A DNA stretch of 39,188 nucleotides from positions 1 through 39,188 of the forward strand of contig JAJRYN010000100.1 of NCBI GenBank assembly GCA_024275755.1, read 5' to 3'. A program made the position numbers and the translations under genes. Shown one piece after another: positions 16,678 to 26,167 of this stretch (position 1 is its first letter; each line of letters opens with the position of its first letter). Under the pieces are notes generated by a model. That model was not told where the DNA came from. It did no database searches and worked only from the letters and a program-made list of their open reading frames with translations. Origin of the DNA: an archaeon (GTDB lineage Archaea > Thermoplasmatota > E2 > UBA202 > JdFR-43).

Positions 16678-17295
16678 TTATTCCTCCATAATAATTTTTG
16701 CATCTATAATCTTTGCTCCTTTCTCATATAGAAAAATAGGATTTAAATCAAGTTGCTTTATTGGCATTTCCTCTGCAATTTTTGCTATTTTCAGTAAAAT
16801 ATCTATCAAAGTTTTCCTGTCCAAATTGAGACGATATCCATAAAAAATCTCTCTTGCTTTCAAATCATCCAACATATCTTCCGCATCTTTCTCTGTTATC
16901 GGCAGCATTCTGAATGCCGCATCCTTATATATTTCAGTAAAAATCCCTCCCATTCCTACCATAACACACTTTCCAAAGGCGGCATCATTTACAATCCCTG
17001 CAATTATTTCCACACCCTGTTTCTCCATTTCTTCAACAATGAATTTTTCTTCTGAAAATTTTTTCCTCAATTTCTTATATTCTTTGAGCAGCTCTTCTTT
17101 ATTACCTATATTTAAAACCACTCCTCCAACGTCTGTTTTATGCAATATTTTTGGAGAAGAAACCTTTAGTACGAGGGGATATTTCAAATCCAGATTTTTT
17201 ATATCCTCCTCATTTTCAATTAATTCAAATTTTGTCGTTGGTATGCCATATTTTAAAAGCAATTTTTTTGCCTCATATTCTGTAAGTATTTTCAC
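16678..17295 (-). CDS. ADP-forming acyl/acetyl-CoA synthetase beta subunit (ATP-grasp)
   Basis: 205 aa. The N-terminus is ATP-grasp-type (MKILTEYEAKKLLLKYGIPT...VLKVSSPKILHKTDVGGV). It ends 2 nt before the iorA start. Confidence 0.75.
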   Translation of the reverse strand: MKILTEYEAKKLLLKYGIPTTKFELIENEEDIKNLDLKYPLVLKVSSPKILHKTDVGGVVLNIGNKEELLKEYKKLRKKFSEEKFIVEEMEKQGVEIIAGIVNDAAFGKCVMVGMGGIFTEIYKDAAFRMLPITEKDAEDMLDDLKAREIFYGYRLNLDRKTLIDILLKIAKIAEEMPIKQLDLNPIFLYEKGAKIIDAKIIMEE

Positions 17296-17524
17296 GATTT
17301 GTTATGCAGTCCAGCTTTTTTATTTTTTGTGTCAAATGAATTCAACAAAAATTAAGCATTTAATTATTTTCATGAAAACGCTCCGTCAAATTATCCATTT
17401 TCATCCCCACGTTAAACGAAAAATTTAAAAAGAAAATGTATTTACAAAAAATCGGGGGTTCTAGTACGGGAAAATTTTAGGAGTGGAACAGCGATTCACC
17501 CCCAAAAACACAGAGGTGGTCGCA

Positions 17525-17872
17525 ATGAAAATGAAAGTATTGGGAAGACATATAATAGCGGAATTGTATGGCGTCTCAAGTGACTTGATATCCAGAGAAG
17601 AACAGGTAAAAGAAATAATGAGCAAAGTCATTGAGGAGGCTAACATAGAGGCAGTTGGCTCCCTATACAAACAGTTTAACCCCCATGGTGTTACTGGTAT
17701 AGTTTTAATTTCTGAATCTCATATTTCCATTCATACCTGGCCAGAGTATGAATTGGTCAATTTGGATATATTCACATGTGGGGATCCTGAACAGGCTGAC
17801 AAGGCTTTTGAGGCATTTCTGAAATATTTCAAGCCCAGATCTTATAGGCATTATGTATTAGATAGGGGATAG
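17525..17872 (+). CDS. speH: S-adenosylmethionine decarboxylase proenzyme (pyruvoyl-dependent, SpeH type)
   Basis: Self-cleavage and active-site motif ISESHISIHTWPE. The start is set at the ATG preceded by GAGGTGG. Confidence 0.9.
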   Translation: MKMKVLGRHIIAELYGVSSDLISREEQVKEIMSKVIEEANIEAVGSLYKQFNPHGVTGIVLISESHISIHTWPEYELVNLDIFTCGDPEQADKAFEAFLKYFKPRSYRHYVLDRG

Positions 17873-17873
17873 A

Positions 17874-18875
17874 GTGGACAGAATAGAGAAACAGATAATA
17901 TCCGCTCTATCTGCTGGCGATGTTTCCATATGGAAAATTATAGATTTTCAGGATGCTTCTCTGCCAGAATTTTTTGAGAAATTAAAGGAACTTAAAAAGA
18001 AAGGATTAATCGAAATTAAAAATGGAGTTGTAAGGCTGACAGAAGAAGGAAAGAGGGCTGCAGGGGAATTTAAAATTAGAGATTATAAATGCAAAACATG
18101 CGATGGCACAGGATATGAGATAGTAAAAGAAGTGGAAAAGAAATATAAAGAAATCTTGGAAAATCGCCCAAAGCCAGTTGAAAAATATGATCAGGGTTAC
18201 ATAAGTATTGAAGCAGCCTTAAGAAAACTAGCTTTTATGATAGAAAGAGGAGACGTTTATGGCAGTATATTCATTGCAGGTGATGATGACTTATTTAGCA
18301 TAGCATTGGCATTAACACATTTGCCTGAGAAAATTGTCGCTGTTGATATTGACGAACGCCTCATTAATTTTATAAACGAAGCAGCAGAAAAATATGGGCT
18401 GAATATCGAGGCATACATTCAGGATTTGCAGAAGGAGAATGAAGCTTTGATAAAAAAATTTGATGTTTTTGTTACCGATCCAGTTGAAACCATACCAGGC
18501 ATAAAATTATTTTTATCACGTGGCGTTGCTTCATTGAAAGGTATTGGTTGCTCAGGCTATTTTGGCTTGACAACTCTGGAGGCATCTCGCAAAAAATGGT
18601 ACGAGATACAGAAAATGATTCATGACATGGGTTTTGTTATAACCGACATAAGGAGGCAGTTTCAGGTTTATCCTGACGATGGAAGCAACTTTTTCCAGTA
18701 TCAGGAGAAGTTGCCAATAGTCAAAAAGCTGAACATAAAAAGTGATTATAACTGGTATAAGTCAGCATTATACAGAATAGAAGCAGTAAAGCAGCCAGAG
18801 CCGCTGGTAAAAGGAGATGTTGAACTGGGCGAGGCAGTTTATAAAGACGATGAAAGCTGGGCAACTCCTATCTAG
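17874..18875 (+). CDS. bpsA: BpsA-like aminopropyltransferase (branched-chain polyamine synthase, DUF43 family)
   Basis: 333 aa with a GTG start 1 nt after the speH stop. It has an N-terminal wHTH-like region and the motifs GDDDLFSIA, DIDERL and TDPVET as I recall them for the DUF43/BpsA family. Confidence 0.7.
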   Translation: MDRIEKQIISALSAGDVSIWKIIDFQDASLPEFFEKLKELKKKGLIEIKNGVVRLTEEGKRAAGEFKIRDYKCKTCDGTGYEIVKEVEKKYKEILENRPKPVEKYDQGYISIEAALRKLAFMIERGDVYGSIFIAGDDDLFSIALALTHLPEKIVAVDIDERLINFINEAAEKYGLNIEAYIQDLQKENEALIKKFDVFVTDPVETIPGIKLFLSRGVASLKGIGCSGYFGLTTLEASRKKWYEIQKMIHDMGFVITDIRRQFQVYPDDGSNFFQYQEKLPIVKKLNIKSDYNWYKSALYRIEAVKQPEPLVKGDVELGEAVYKDDESWATPI

Positions 18876-20285
18876 TTATTCCACATATTCTTTTATCATT
18901 TCTGGTATTTTTTCTATCAAATCGCTTGCCACCAATCCGTAACTTTTTTCTTCATATGCCATATTTCCAGCCATTCCGTTTATCAATGCTGCCATACATG
19001 CTGCATGGAATGGCTTAACTTTTTTTGCCAGCAGAGCAACAGCTATGCCAGCCAAAACATCTCCTGTTCCGCCTGCTGTCATCGCCTCGTTGTGAATGCG
19101 ATTCATTTTTATTTTTTCTCCATCGCTTATTATGTCGACATACCCTTTAAGTAGAATAGTTGCGTTTCTTTTCCTTGCCTCCTCTTTAACAATTCTTCTT
19201 CTCTCTTCCAAATCGTCTGGCAATGTTATGCCTGTGAGCTTTTTGAACTCACCAGCATGAGGCGTGATAATGACTTTTCCCTTGCAATCTATATCTTTTA
19301 TTGCTTCGATAGCATCTGCATCAACAACAAAATATTTTTCATTTAAATGGCGCACTATCAATTCTTTGGCAGCTCCTTTTGTTTTTTCATCGTTTCCTAA
19401 CCCCGGACCAACTAAAACAGCATCCGCCTTTCTTATGAAATCCTCAATTTCACTTACATTTTCTTTAGTAAAGATAGAGCCATTCATTTTCCTGACAATT
19501 AAATTTGGTGAGAACGAAGCTATTGTTTGCCACACTGAAGAAGGACAGCAAATATACGCCAAATCGCAGCCTGCGCGCAAAGCAGCCATCGCTGCCAGGG
19601 CAGGAGCCCCAGTATAGGGGCCGCCGCCAATTACTGCAACGACACCATTATCTCCTTTATGGCTCTCCTTTTTTGGCTTTGGGTAATAGATTAAATCGCC
19701 TATGCCAACATATTCTTCTGCCTCTTTTGGTATTCCAATATCTGCCAGAATTATCTTCCCGCATTTTCCTTCCATTCCTTCTTTTATGAAGTGAAATGTT
19801 ACTGTCATATCCGGTTTTATGGAAATGCTGCTCCCAAATCCAGTTGGGACATCAACAGCCAGAATGAATTTGTTTGCATTATTCAGCATTTCAACTATTT
19901 CCTTATACGGCTGTTTAAGTTCTCCCTTTACTCCAACGCCGAGCATTGCATCTATAACGGCATCACACTCCTGCAACAATTCCATAAACTTCTCCTTTTC
20001 ATATTGATAAACTGGTAATCCCATTGCTCTCGCTTTTCTATAATTTTTCATTGCAAGCTTTGTTTTTGGTTTCGAAATGGCAATAATGACACAATTTTTT
20101 ATGTAACGGGCTGCAACATAGCCATCTCCTCCATTATTTCCAGAGCCGCACAAAACAAGCCATTTTTTATATGGTAACTTTTTTACCTCTTCCGCCACAG
20201 CTCTTCCCGCATTTTCCATTAGTTCTTCTGTAGTCACTCCAAGCCACTCAGCATTTTTATCCAGCACTTTCGTCTCCATTTCCAT
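18876..20285 (-). CDS. nnr: bifunctional NAD(P)H-hydrate repair enzyme (epimerase/ADP-dependent dehydratase)
   Basis: YjeF_N motif GSGNNGGDGYVAAR and C-terminal kinase-fold motifs GPGLG and GGTGDVLAG. The start is trimmed to MEMETKVLD. Confidence 0.9.
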   Translation of the reverse strand: MEMETKVLDKNAEWLGVTTEELMENAGRAVAEEVKKLPYKKWLVLCGSGNNGGDGYVAARYIKNCVIIAISKPKTKLAMKNYRKARAMGLPVYQYEKEKFMELLQECDAVIDAMLGVGVKGELKQPYKEIVEMLNNANKFILAVDVPTGFGSSISIKPDMTVTFHFIKEGMEGKCGKIILADIGIPKEAEEYVGIGDLIYYPKPKKESHKGDNGVVAVIGGGPYTGAPALAAMAALRAGCDLAYICCPSSVWQTIASFSPNLIVRKMNGSIFTKENVSEIEDFIRKADAVLVGPGLGNDEKTKGAAKELIVRHLNEKYFVVDADAIEAIKDIDCKGKVIITPHAGEFKKLTGITLPDDLEERRRIVKEEARKRNATILLKGYVDIISDGEKIKMNRIHNEAMTAGGTGDVLAGIAVALLAKKVKPFHAACMAALINGMAGNMAYEEKSYGLVASDLIEKIPEMIKEYVE

Positions 20286-20470
20286 GAGTAAAATTTGTTT
20301 TTTGGTATAAATAGGTTGGTTTTTAAATGGATAAAGAAATAATGTCAAGAATTTTATCACAATCAATCGAAAATGATGGCATTCTTAGGTTCGGCATTTT
20401 TTCATTTCTAATCCTTAATACCTTAGGAACAGAAGAATAAAATTTTAAATTCCTGATAATTATACAATAA

Positions 20471-21691
20471 ATGAGAGGTATAAACAGAAAATACATGGCG
20501 ATTCTAATTATTTTTTTAATTAGTATCATCTTCTCGAAAGTCATCGATCCGGTTAGTTTAAATCTTCAAGAAGATAAAAATAAAGATTTCTTTGGAAGAG
20601 AAAAAGCAAAGAATAATGATATTCTATATGTGGGTGGCAATGGCCCAAACAACTACACAAAAATACAGGATGCAATTGATGATGCAAACGATGGCGACAC
20701 AATTTTTGTATTCAATGGAACCTATTTTGAGCACCTGATTATAAATAAATCGATAAGCATAATAGGAGAAGATAAAAATACAACAATAATTGATGGAAAT
20801 TGGAACGGAACAGTTGTTGAGATTATAGAGGTAGATGTGGTGTTGAAAGGATTTACTATACGTTATGGGAAGGGATATGGAATATTTGTTTTTGGAGGGT
20901 ATAATGTTAGCATAACTAATAACATTATAACAAATAATTTCGGAGACGGAATATACGTGCATTGGGGATTTAGTTGTAACATTTCTAATAATATCATAAA
21001 AAATAACTGGGACGGAATTTATCTTGATTGTACAAACTATGTAAATATAACAGGAAATCAAATCATTTGGAATGATAGAGGTATTCATTTATATCAAGCT
21101 GGTGATAGCACCATCTCTTGCAACATATTAAAGGAAAATGCAGTATGTGGAATTTTATCAGACTCTTCTGGCAGCAATTATATTTTTGACAATATTCTTA
21201 CGCATAACGGAGCAGGCATTTATCTTCATTATTCTCTAGGCAGCAATATATCTTCGAATATAATAAGTTACAATGACTTAGGAATATCAATTAAACTTTC
21301 ATACTGGCTCACCATTTTCAATAATACCTGTTCAAATAATTTTATTGGGATACAAATAAGCGATTCTAAAAGTAACAAAATCATATACAATACGATTCAG
21401 GATAACAAAGGAGAAAAATATGGCATAATAAAATTTGATGGAATATGTATTTTTAATAGCTGTTATAAAAACAAAATAAGTTGCAATAATTTGATAAACG
21501 ATACAATCAGTTTTATAGAATATCAACCGCATGCAAACAGCATTAAACATAATTATTATGAGGACAAAATAGGAATTGGCCCAAAGCTTTTACTGGGCTT
21601 TAAAGTAGTTGTTATCAATCCTGGCCGAGAAATACTTATTCCTTGGATAAAATTTGATTGGTTCCCTGCTAGAGAACCCTACAATTTATGA
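20471..21691 (+). CDS. secreted right-handed parallel beta-helix (PbH1/NosD-like) repeat protein
   Basis: Signal/anchor segment MAILIIFLISIIF, a DGDTIFVFNGTYFEHLIINKSISIIGE motif, and many ~22-aa repeats of the N.I..N...GI type. Confidence 0.75.
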   Translation: MRGINRKYMAILIIFLISIIFSKVIDPVSLNLQEDKNKDFFGREKAKNNDILYVGGNGPNNYTKIQDAIDDANDGDTIFVFNGTYFEHLIINKSISIIGEDKNTTIIDGNWNGTVVEIIEVDVVLKGFTIRYGKGYGIFVFGGYNVSITNNIITNNFGDGIYVHWGFSCNISNNIIKNNWDGIYLDCTNYVNITGNQIIWNDRGIHLYQAGDSTISCNILKENAVCGILSDSSGSNYIFDNILTHNGAGIYLHYSLGSNISSNIISYNDLGISIKLSYWLTIFNNTCSNNFIGIQISDSKSNKIIYNTIQDNKGEKYGIIKFDGICIFNSCYKNKISCNNLINDTISFIEYQPHANSIKHNYYEDKIGIGPKLLLGFKVVVINPGREILIPWIKFDWFPAREPYNL

Positions 21692-21732
21692 ACAATACAA
21701 AAAGGTTAAACATTACTTGGCCATATATTATT

Positions 21733-22053
21733 ATGCTTCCAATGGATGACAGACAGCTTAAAATTATGATGAAAAAGATGGGAATAAATATTAAGGAATT
21801 GAAGGCAGAGAGAGTAATAATCGAGACGGCAGATAAGCAATACATTTTTAATAATCCCGTTGTGAACATCATGGAAATAAAAGGAGAAAAAACTTATCAG
21901 ATAACTGGAAAAGTAGAAATAAAAACAAAGATAAGTGAAGAAGACGTTGAACTTGTTGCAGAGAAAACTGGCAAGAGTAAAGAAGAAGCAAGGAAGGCTC
22001 TGGAAGAAGCTGATGGAGATATTGCTCAGGCCATACTTAATCTATCATCTTAG
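21733..22053 (+). CDS. nac: nascent polypeptide-associated complex protein (archaeal NAC alpha)
   Basis: MLPMDDRQLKIMMKKMGI N-terminus, NAC domain and a C-terminal UBA-like EEARKALEEADGDIAQAILNL. The start is trimmed from the ORF-track 21688. Confidence 0.85.
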   Translation: MLPMDDRQLKIMMKKMGINIKELKAERVIIETADKQYIFNNPVVNIMEIKGEKTYQITGKVEIKTKISEEDVELVAEKTGKSKEEARKALEEADGDIAQAILNLSS

Positions 22054-22444
22054 ACATTAAAATTGCATCCTCGCCATCAATGTAATATTTCCTTATTTCA
22101 CCCACCCTTCTAAATCCAAGTTTTTTGTAAAAATTTATTGCTGCCTCATTGCTTTTTCTCACCTGTAAAATCACCTTACCTCTCATAAATTTTAAAACAT
22201 GTTCCATGAGCATTTTTCCATATCCCTTTCGTCTGTATTCAGGGTGAACTGCTATTGAGACAATTAAATTTCTTTCCTCATCCGCCATAACATATCCAAT
22301 TATTTTTCCATTATCTTCCAGAACAAAAAACAATTTTTTGAGATAGTCATAAAAAAGAAGGCGAGGATAGGCAAATTTAAAGGAAAGGGTTTCGATTTTA
22401 TAAACTTCTTCCAAATCCTCCTCCCTGCATCTTCTTATCTTCAT
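22037..22444 (-). CDS. rimI: GNAT N-acetyltransferase (RimI / archaeal N-alpha-acetyltransferase-like)
   Basis: 135 aa with acetyl-CoA site RRKGYGKMLMEHV. It is convergent with nac and overlaps it by 17 nt. Confidence 0.8.
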   Translation of the reverse strand: MKIRRCREEDLEEVYKIETLSFKFAYPRLLFYDYLKKLFFVLEDNGKIIGYVMADEERNLIVSIAVHPEYRRKGYGKMLMEHVLKFMRGKVILQVRKSNEAAINFYKKLGFRRVGEIRKYYIDGEDAILMSKMID

Positions 22445-22490
22445 TTTTTATTGAAATATGTCCAAATATTTAATTTCTGCCCCACAATAT

Positions 22491-22498
22491 TTTTATAA
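22491..22498 (+). promoter_or_regulatory. candidate TATA box of the sulfate-activation operon
   Basis: TTTTATAA is centred ~24 nt upstream of the ATG at 22519, which suggests a leaderless transcript. Confidence 0.35.
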
Positions 22499-22518
22499 TA
22501 ATATTTAATTACATTCTC

Positions 22519-22755
22519 ATGACAGAAGGAAAAGAGGAGAAGGGAAAATATACAACTGTTTCAATACCAACTCCATTAGCAGAAAAAATCAAAAAAAGGA
22601 TTGAAGGAACTGGCTTCAATTCAATATCCAGCTACGTAACTTACGTACTTCGAGAACTACTCGCCAGCATGGAGGAAGAGGAAGAAGAAGCATTTAGCAA
22701 GGAAGACGAGGAAAAAATTAAGGAAAGATTAAGAGCTTTGGGTTATCTTGATTAA
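22519..22755 (+). CDS. ribbon-helix-helix (CopG-like) DNA-binding protein with acidic tail
   Basis: 78 aa. YTTVSIPTPLAEKIKKRIEGTGFNSISSYVTYVLRELL fits a beta-strand plus two helices. An EEEEEE tail follows. It ends 1 nt before the sat ATG. Confidence 0.6.
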   Translation: MTEGKEEKGKYTTVSIPTPLAEKIKKRIEGTGFNSISSYVTYVLRELLASMEEEEEEAFSKEDEEKIKERLRALGYLD

Positions 22756-22756
22756 A

Positions 22757-23869
22757 ATGCCTGCGCCACATGGTGGAAAGCTTATAAGGAGAGTAGATGA
22801 AAATAAAAACATCGATGACATTGAAAAAATAAAGATAAGCAGAGACTTGGCCCATGATCTGGAAAATATAGCATATGGTGTTTTTTCACCTCTGGAAGGC
22901 TTTATGTGCAGAGAGGATTTTGAAAGTGTTTTGCATCACATGCGACTTGCCAATGATTTACCATGGACAATTCCAATAGTTTTTGATTTTGATGGCAACA
23001 TAAAAGAGGGAGATGAAGTGGCTTTGGTTGGCGAAAATGGTACAGTAGCCATAATGAATATTGAAGAAATTTATAGCTATGATAAAAAAGAGTATGCAGA
23101 AAAAGTTTTCAGAACAACAGATGTAGCTCATCCAGGAGTTAAAAAATTAACGGAAATGAAGGAAAAGCTGGTGGGGGGCAAGATTACATTGGTAAAAGAA
23201 GCAAAAGAAGAATTTGATAAATATTATCTGAAGCCATATGAAACAAGAATTCTTTTTAAAGAAAAAGGATGGAGAGATATAGTTGCTTTCCAGACAAGAA
23301 ATGTTCCTCATATAGGCCACGAATATGTTCAGAAAACTGCATTGACTTTTGTGGATGGTGTTTTCATTAACCCAATAATAGGGAAGAAAAAGAAGGGAGA
23401 TTTCAAGGATGAGGTTATTTTAAAGGCATATGATGCTTTAATAGAGCACTATTATCTCAAAGATAGAGCAGTCCTTGCAATTTTAAAAACTGAAATGAGA
23501 TATGCTGGGCCGAGAGAAGCAATATTTCATGCTATTGTGAGGAAAAATTTTGGTTGCACCCATTTCATTGTTGGCAGAGACCATGCTGGGGTAGGCAATT
23601 ATTATGGACCATATGATGCCCATGAGATATTCAATGAATTCCCGGATTTAGGCATAACTCCTATTTTCTTCAAGTCATTTTTCTACTGCAAGAAATGCGG
23701 AGGCGTTGTCAATGAAAAAATTTGCCCACATGACAAGGAATATCATGTTTATTATAGCGGAACCGCCATAAGAAAAATGTTGATGAATGGAGAAATGCCT
23801 CCTGAAACAATGATGAGAAAGGAAGTTGCAGAGATAATTATGAGTTACGATAATCCTTTCGTCGATTAA
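22757..23869 (+). CDS. sat: sulfate adenylyltransferase (ATP sulfurylase)
   Basis: Motifs QTRNVPHIGHEY and GRDHAGVG. The start is set at ATG 22757 (MPAPHGGKL). Confidence 0.9.
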   Translation: MPAPHGGKLIRRVDENKNIDDIEKIKISRDLAHDLENIAYGVFSPLEGFMCREDFESVLHHMRLANDLPWTIPIVFDFDGNIKEGDEVALVGENGTVAIMNIEEIYSYDKKEYAEKVFRTTDVAHPGVKKLTEMKEKLVGGKITLVKEAKEEFDKYYLKPYETRILFKEKGWRDIVAFQTRNVPHIGHEYVQKTALTFVDGVFINPIIGKKKKGDFKDEVILKAYDALIEHYYLKDRAVLAILKTEMRYAGPREAIFHAIVRKNFGCTHFIVGRDHAGVGNYYGPYDAHEIFNEFPDLGITPIFFKSFFYCKKCGGVVNEKICPHDKEYHVYYSGTAIRKMLMNGEMPPETMMRKEVAEIIMSYDNPFVD

Positions 23870-23870
23870 T

Positions 23871-24809
23871 ATGCGCCTTATACTTCACCATTGGGATACA
23901 GATGGCATATGCTCTGCGGCTATGCTTTTTAACAAAGATTGCAAAAATATGACCCCAAAGATAGGAAACTATTATCTGGAAGAAGATGAAATTGAAAAAA
24001 TCAAGGAAGAAAAATTTGACGAAATATATGTTGTTGATTTGGCATTGAATGAAAGTAGTTTAAAAGAAATTGCTGAGATAAGCAAAGTAAAAGTTTTTGA
24101 TCATCATGTAAGCAAAAAAGTCAATGGTGTAGAATATGTAAACCCAATACTGGAAGGAAAAGATGAAGAGGACTACCCATCTGCTTCATGGGTTGTTGGA
24201 GAATTTTTAAATGAAAAAGACAATTTGTTATCTTTTCTTGGAGCTGTTGGAGATTGGGAAGAGAGAATAAAAATTACAAGATTTTATGAAAAACTGCAGG
24301 ACTTCATGAAAAAAGCAAATATTACATTCGAAGAAATGCATGAGATGATATATCTGATAGATTCAAACTATAAGATAGGGGATAAAAAAGAAGTGGAGAG
24401 GGCAGTTAGCATGCTTTCAGAAGCAGAAGATGTGGCAGAATTCATACTCAATAACGAAAAATGGAGAAGAAATAGGGAAACTATAGAGAAAGAAATAGAG
24501 AAAATATTGAATACAGAGGGAAAGAAAATTGGCAACATCCTGATCAAGGAAATGGATTGCAGATATAACATTATATCCACCGTAGCCAGAAGACTGTGGA
24601 ACAAAAAAGATTATGTTATAGTTGTAAACCACGGATATTTTGAAAATGAATGCCAGGTATATGTTAGAGGAAATAATGTTCTCCACCTCATTCAGAAGGC
24701 TTTGGAGCATGGTTATGTGGCGGGAGGCAAAAAGAATGTTATGGGTGCAATTGTCCCAAGGGAGGAATGTGAAGAATTTATCAATGAAATTCTGGAGGAA
24801 ATAAAATGA
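23871..24809 (+). CDS. DHH/DHHA1-family phosphoesterase (candidate pAp phosphatase / nanoRNase)
   Basis: DHH motifs HWDTDG, VVDLA and FDHHV, with a C-terminal GGKKNVMG (DHHA1-like). It starts 1 nt after the sat stop. Confidence 0.75.
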   Translation: MRLILHHWDTDGICSAAMLFNKDCKNMTPKIGNYYLEEDEIEKIKEEKFDEIYVVDLALNESSLKEIAEISKVKVFDHHVSKKVNGVEYVNPILEGKDEEDYPSASWVVGEFLNEKDNLLSFLGAVGDWEERIKITRFYEKLQDFMKKANITFEEMHEMIYLIDSNYKIGDKKEVERAVSMLSEAEDVAEFILNNEKWRRNRETIEKEIEKILNTEGKKIGNILIKEMDCRYNIISTVARRLWNKKDYVIVVNHGYFENECQVYVRGNNVLHLIQKALEHGYVAGGKKNVMGAIVPREECEEFINEILEEIK

Positions 24810-26167
24810 AGGCATTAGTAATAGGATGGGATTGTGCTACGCCGGAGCTTGTATTCAATAAATTTCTAGATGAGCTGCCAAATTTCAGAAAGCTGCTAAA
24901 AAATGCAACATATGGAAGAATGGAGAGCTGTGATCCTCCAATAACAATTCCTGCATGGATGGTTATGGCAACAAGCATAAATCCTGGCAAATTAGGAATA
25001 TATGGATTTCGCCATAGAAAAAATAACAGCTATACTGACATTTGGATTTCAAACTCATTAAAATTTAAAAATGTGCCAAAAGTATGGGATATTCTCGGCA
25101 AATATGGAAAGAAGAGTTGCATCATTGGATTGCCGCCTACATATCCTCCTCTGCCATTAAATGGCTGCATGATTTCCTGCTTTATCACTCCAGATGCAAC
25201 AAAAGATTATACTTACCCCGTGGAATTGAAGAAGGAAATAGAAAAGGAAATTGGAGAATATATTTTTGATGTCCCCTTCAGAACAGATGAAAAAGACGAG
25301 CTTGTAAAGAATCTGTGGGAAATGACACAAAGAAGGCATGAGCTTGTAAAGTATTTAATACAGAATAAAGAATGGGATTTATTCTGGTTTGTTGAGATTG
25401 GCTTAGATAGGGTGCAGCATGCTTTCTGGCGTTACTTTGATGAACAGCATCATCTTCATGAGCCAAATTCTCCATACAAAAATGTAATAAGAGATTATTA
25501 CAAGTTACTGGATAAAAATTTAGGAGAACTTCTCGATTTAATAGACGATGATACCGCCATTTTCATTGTATCTGACCACGGAGCAAAAAGGATGAAGGGA
25601 GCATTCTGTATAAATGAATGGTTAATCAGGAACAAATGGCTTGTATTGAAAGAAGAGCCCAGAGAGATAGTAAGCATTGGCAAAGCAGATGTTGACTGGA
25701 GCAAAACCAAAGCATGGGGATGGGGCGGCTATTACGCAAGAATATTTTTCAATGTGAAAGGAAGGGAAGAAAATGGCATTATACCAAAAGAAGAATATGA
25801 GAAAATGCGTAAAAAACTGGCTGAAGAAATAAGAAAGGCGAAAGATGACAAAGGCAATGTGATGAATACAAAGGTGTTTACACCCGAAGAATTATATCCT
25901 GAATGTAATGGTGACCCTCCAGATTTAATGGTTTATTTTGATGATTTGTACTGGCGTTCTGCTGGCACAATCGGGCATGGAAGAGTACATCTTGAAAAAA
26001 ATGACACCGGACCAGATGATGCGGTTCATGCAAAACATGGCATCTTCGTTAAATACCCCGCTGATGAAAAAAGAATTGAGGCCAGTATATATGATTTCGC
26101 TCCAACGTTGCTTCATACTCTTGGCATTGAAATTCCAAAACATATGGAAGGGAAGGTGATAAAATGA
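24806..26167 (+). CDS. alkaline-phosphatase-superfamily protein (type I phosphodiesterase / nucleotide pyrophosphatase-like)
   Basis: 453 aa. It shows GWDCATPE, PPITIPAW (Thr nucleophile position), LDRVQHAFW, VSDHGA and HAKHG metal-site-like motifs. ATGA overlaps on both sides. Confidence 0.75.
   Translation: MKALVIGWDCATPELVFNKFLDELPNFRKLLKNATYGRMESCDPPITIPAWMVMATSINPGKLGIYGFRHRKNNSYTDIWISNSLKFKNVPKVWDILGKYGKKSCIIGLPPTYPPLPLNGCMISCFITPDATKDYTYPVELKKEIEKEIGEYIFDVPFRTDEKDELVKNLWEMTQRRHELVKYLIQNKEWDLFWFVEIGLDRVQHAFWRYFDEQHHLHEPNSPYKNVIRDYYKLLDKNLGELLDLIDDDTAIFIVSDHGAKRMKGAFCINEWLIRNKWLVLKEEPREIVSIGKADVDWSKTKAWGWGGYYARIFFNVKGREENGIIPKEEYEKMRKKLAEEIRKAKDDKGNVMNTKVFTPEELYPECNGDPPDLMVYFDDLYWRSAGTIGHGRVHLEKNDTGPDDAVHAKHGIFVKYPADEKRIEASIYDFAPTLLHTLGIEIPKHMEGKVIK

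Noticed and set aside
17454-17503. GGGGGT ... ACCCCC stem enclosing ~40 nt in the putative 5' leader of speH (a riboswitch-like idea)
   Set aside because: It is a single 6-bp pairing with no recognisable riboswitch core and no covariation evidence available. It is worth a glance in RNA-seq data but is not supportable from the sequence alone.
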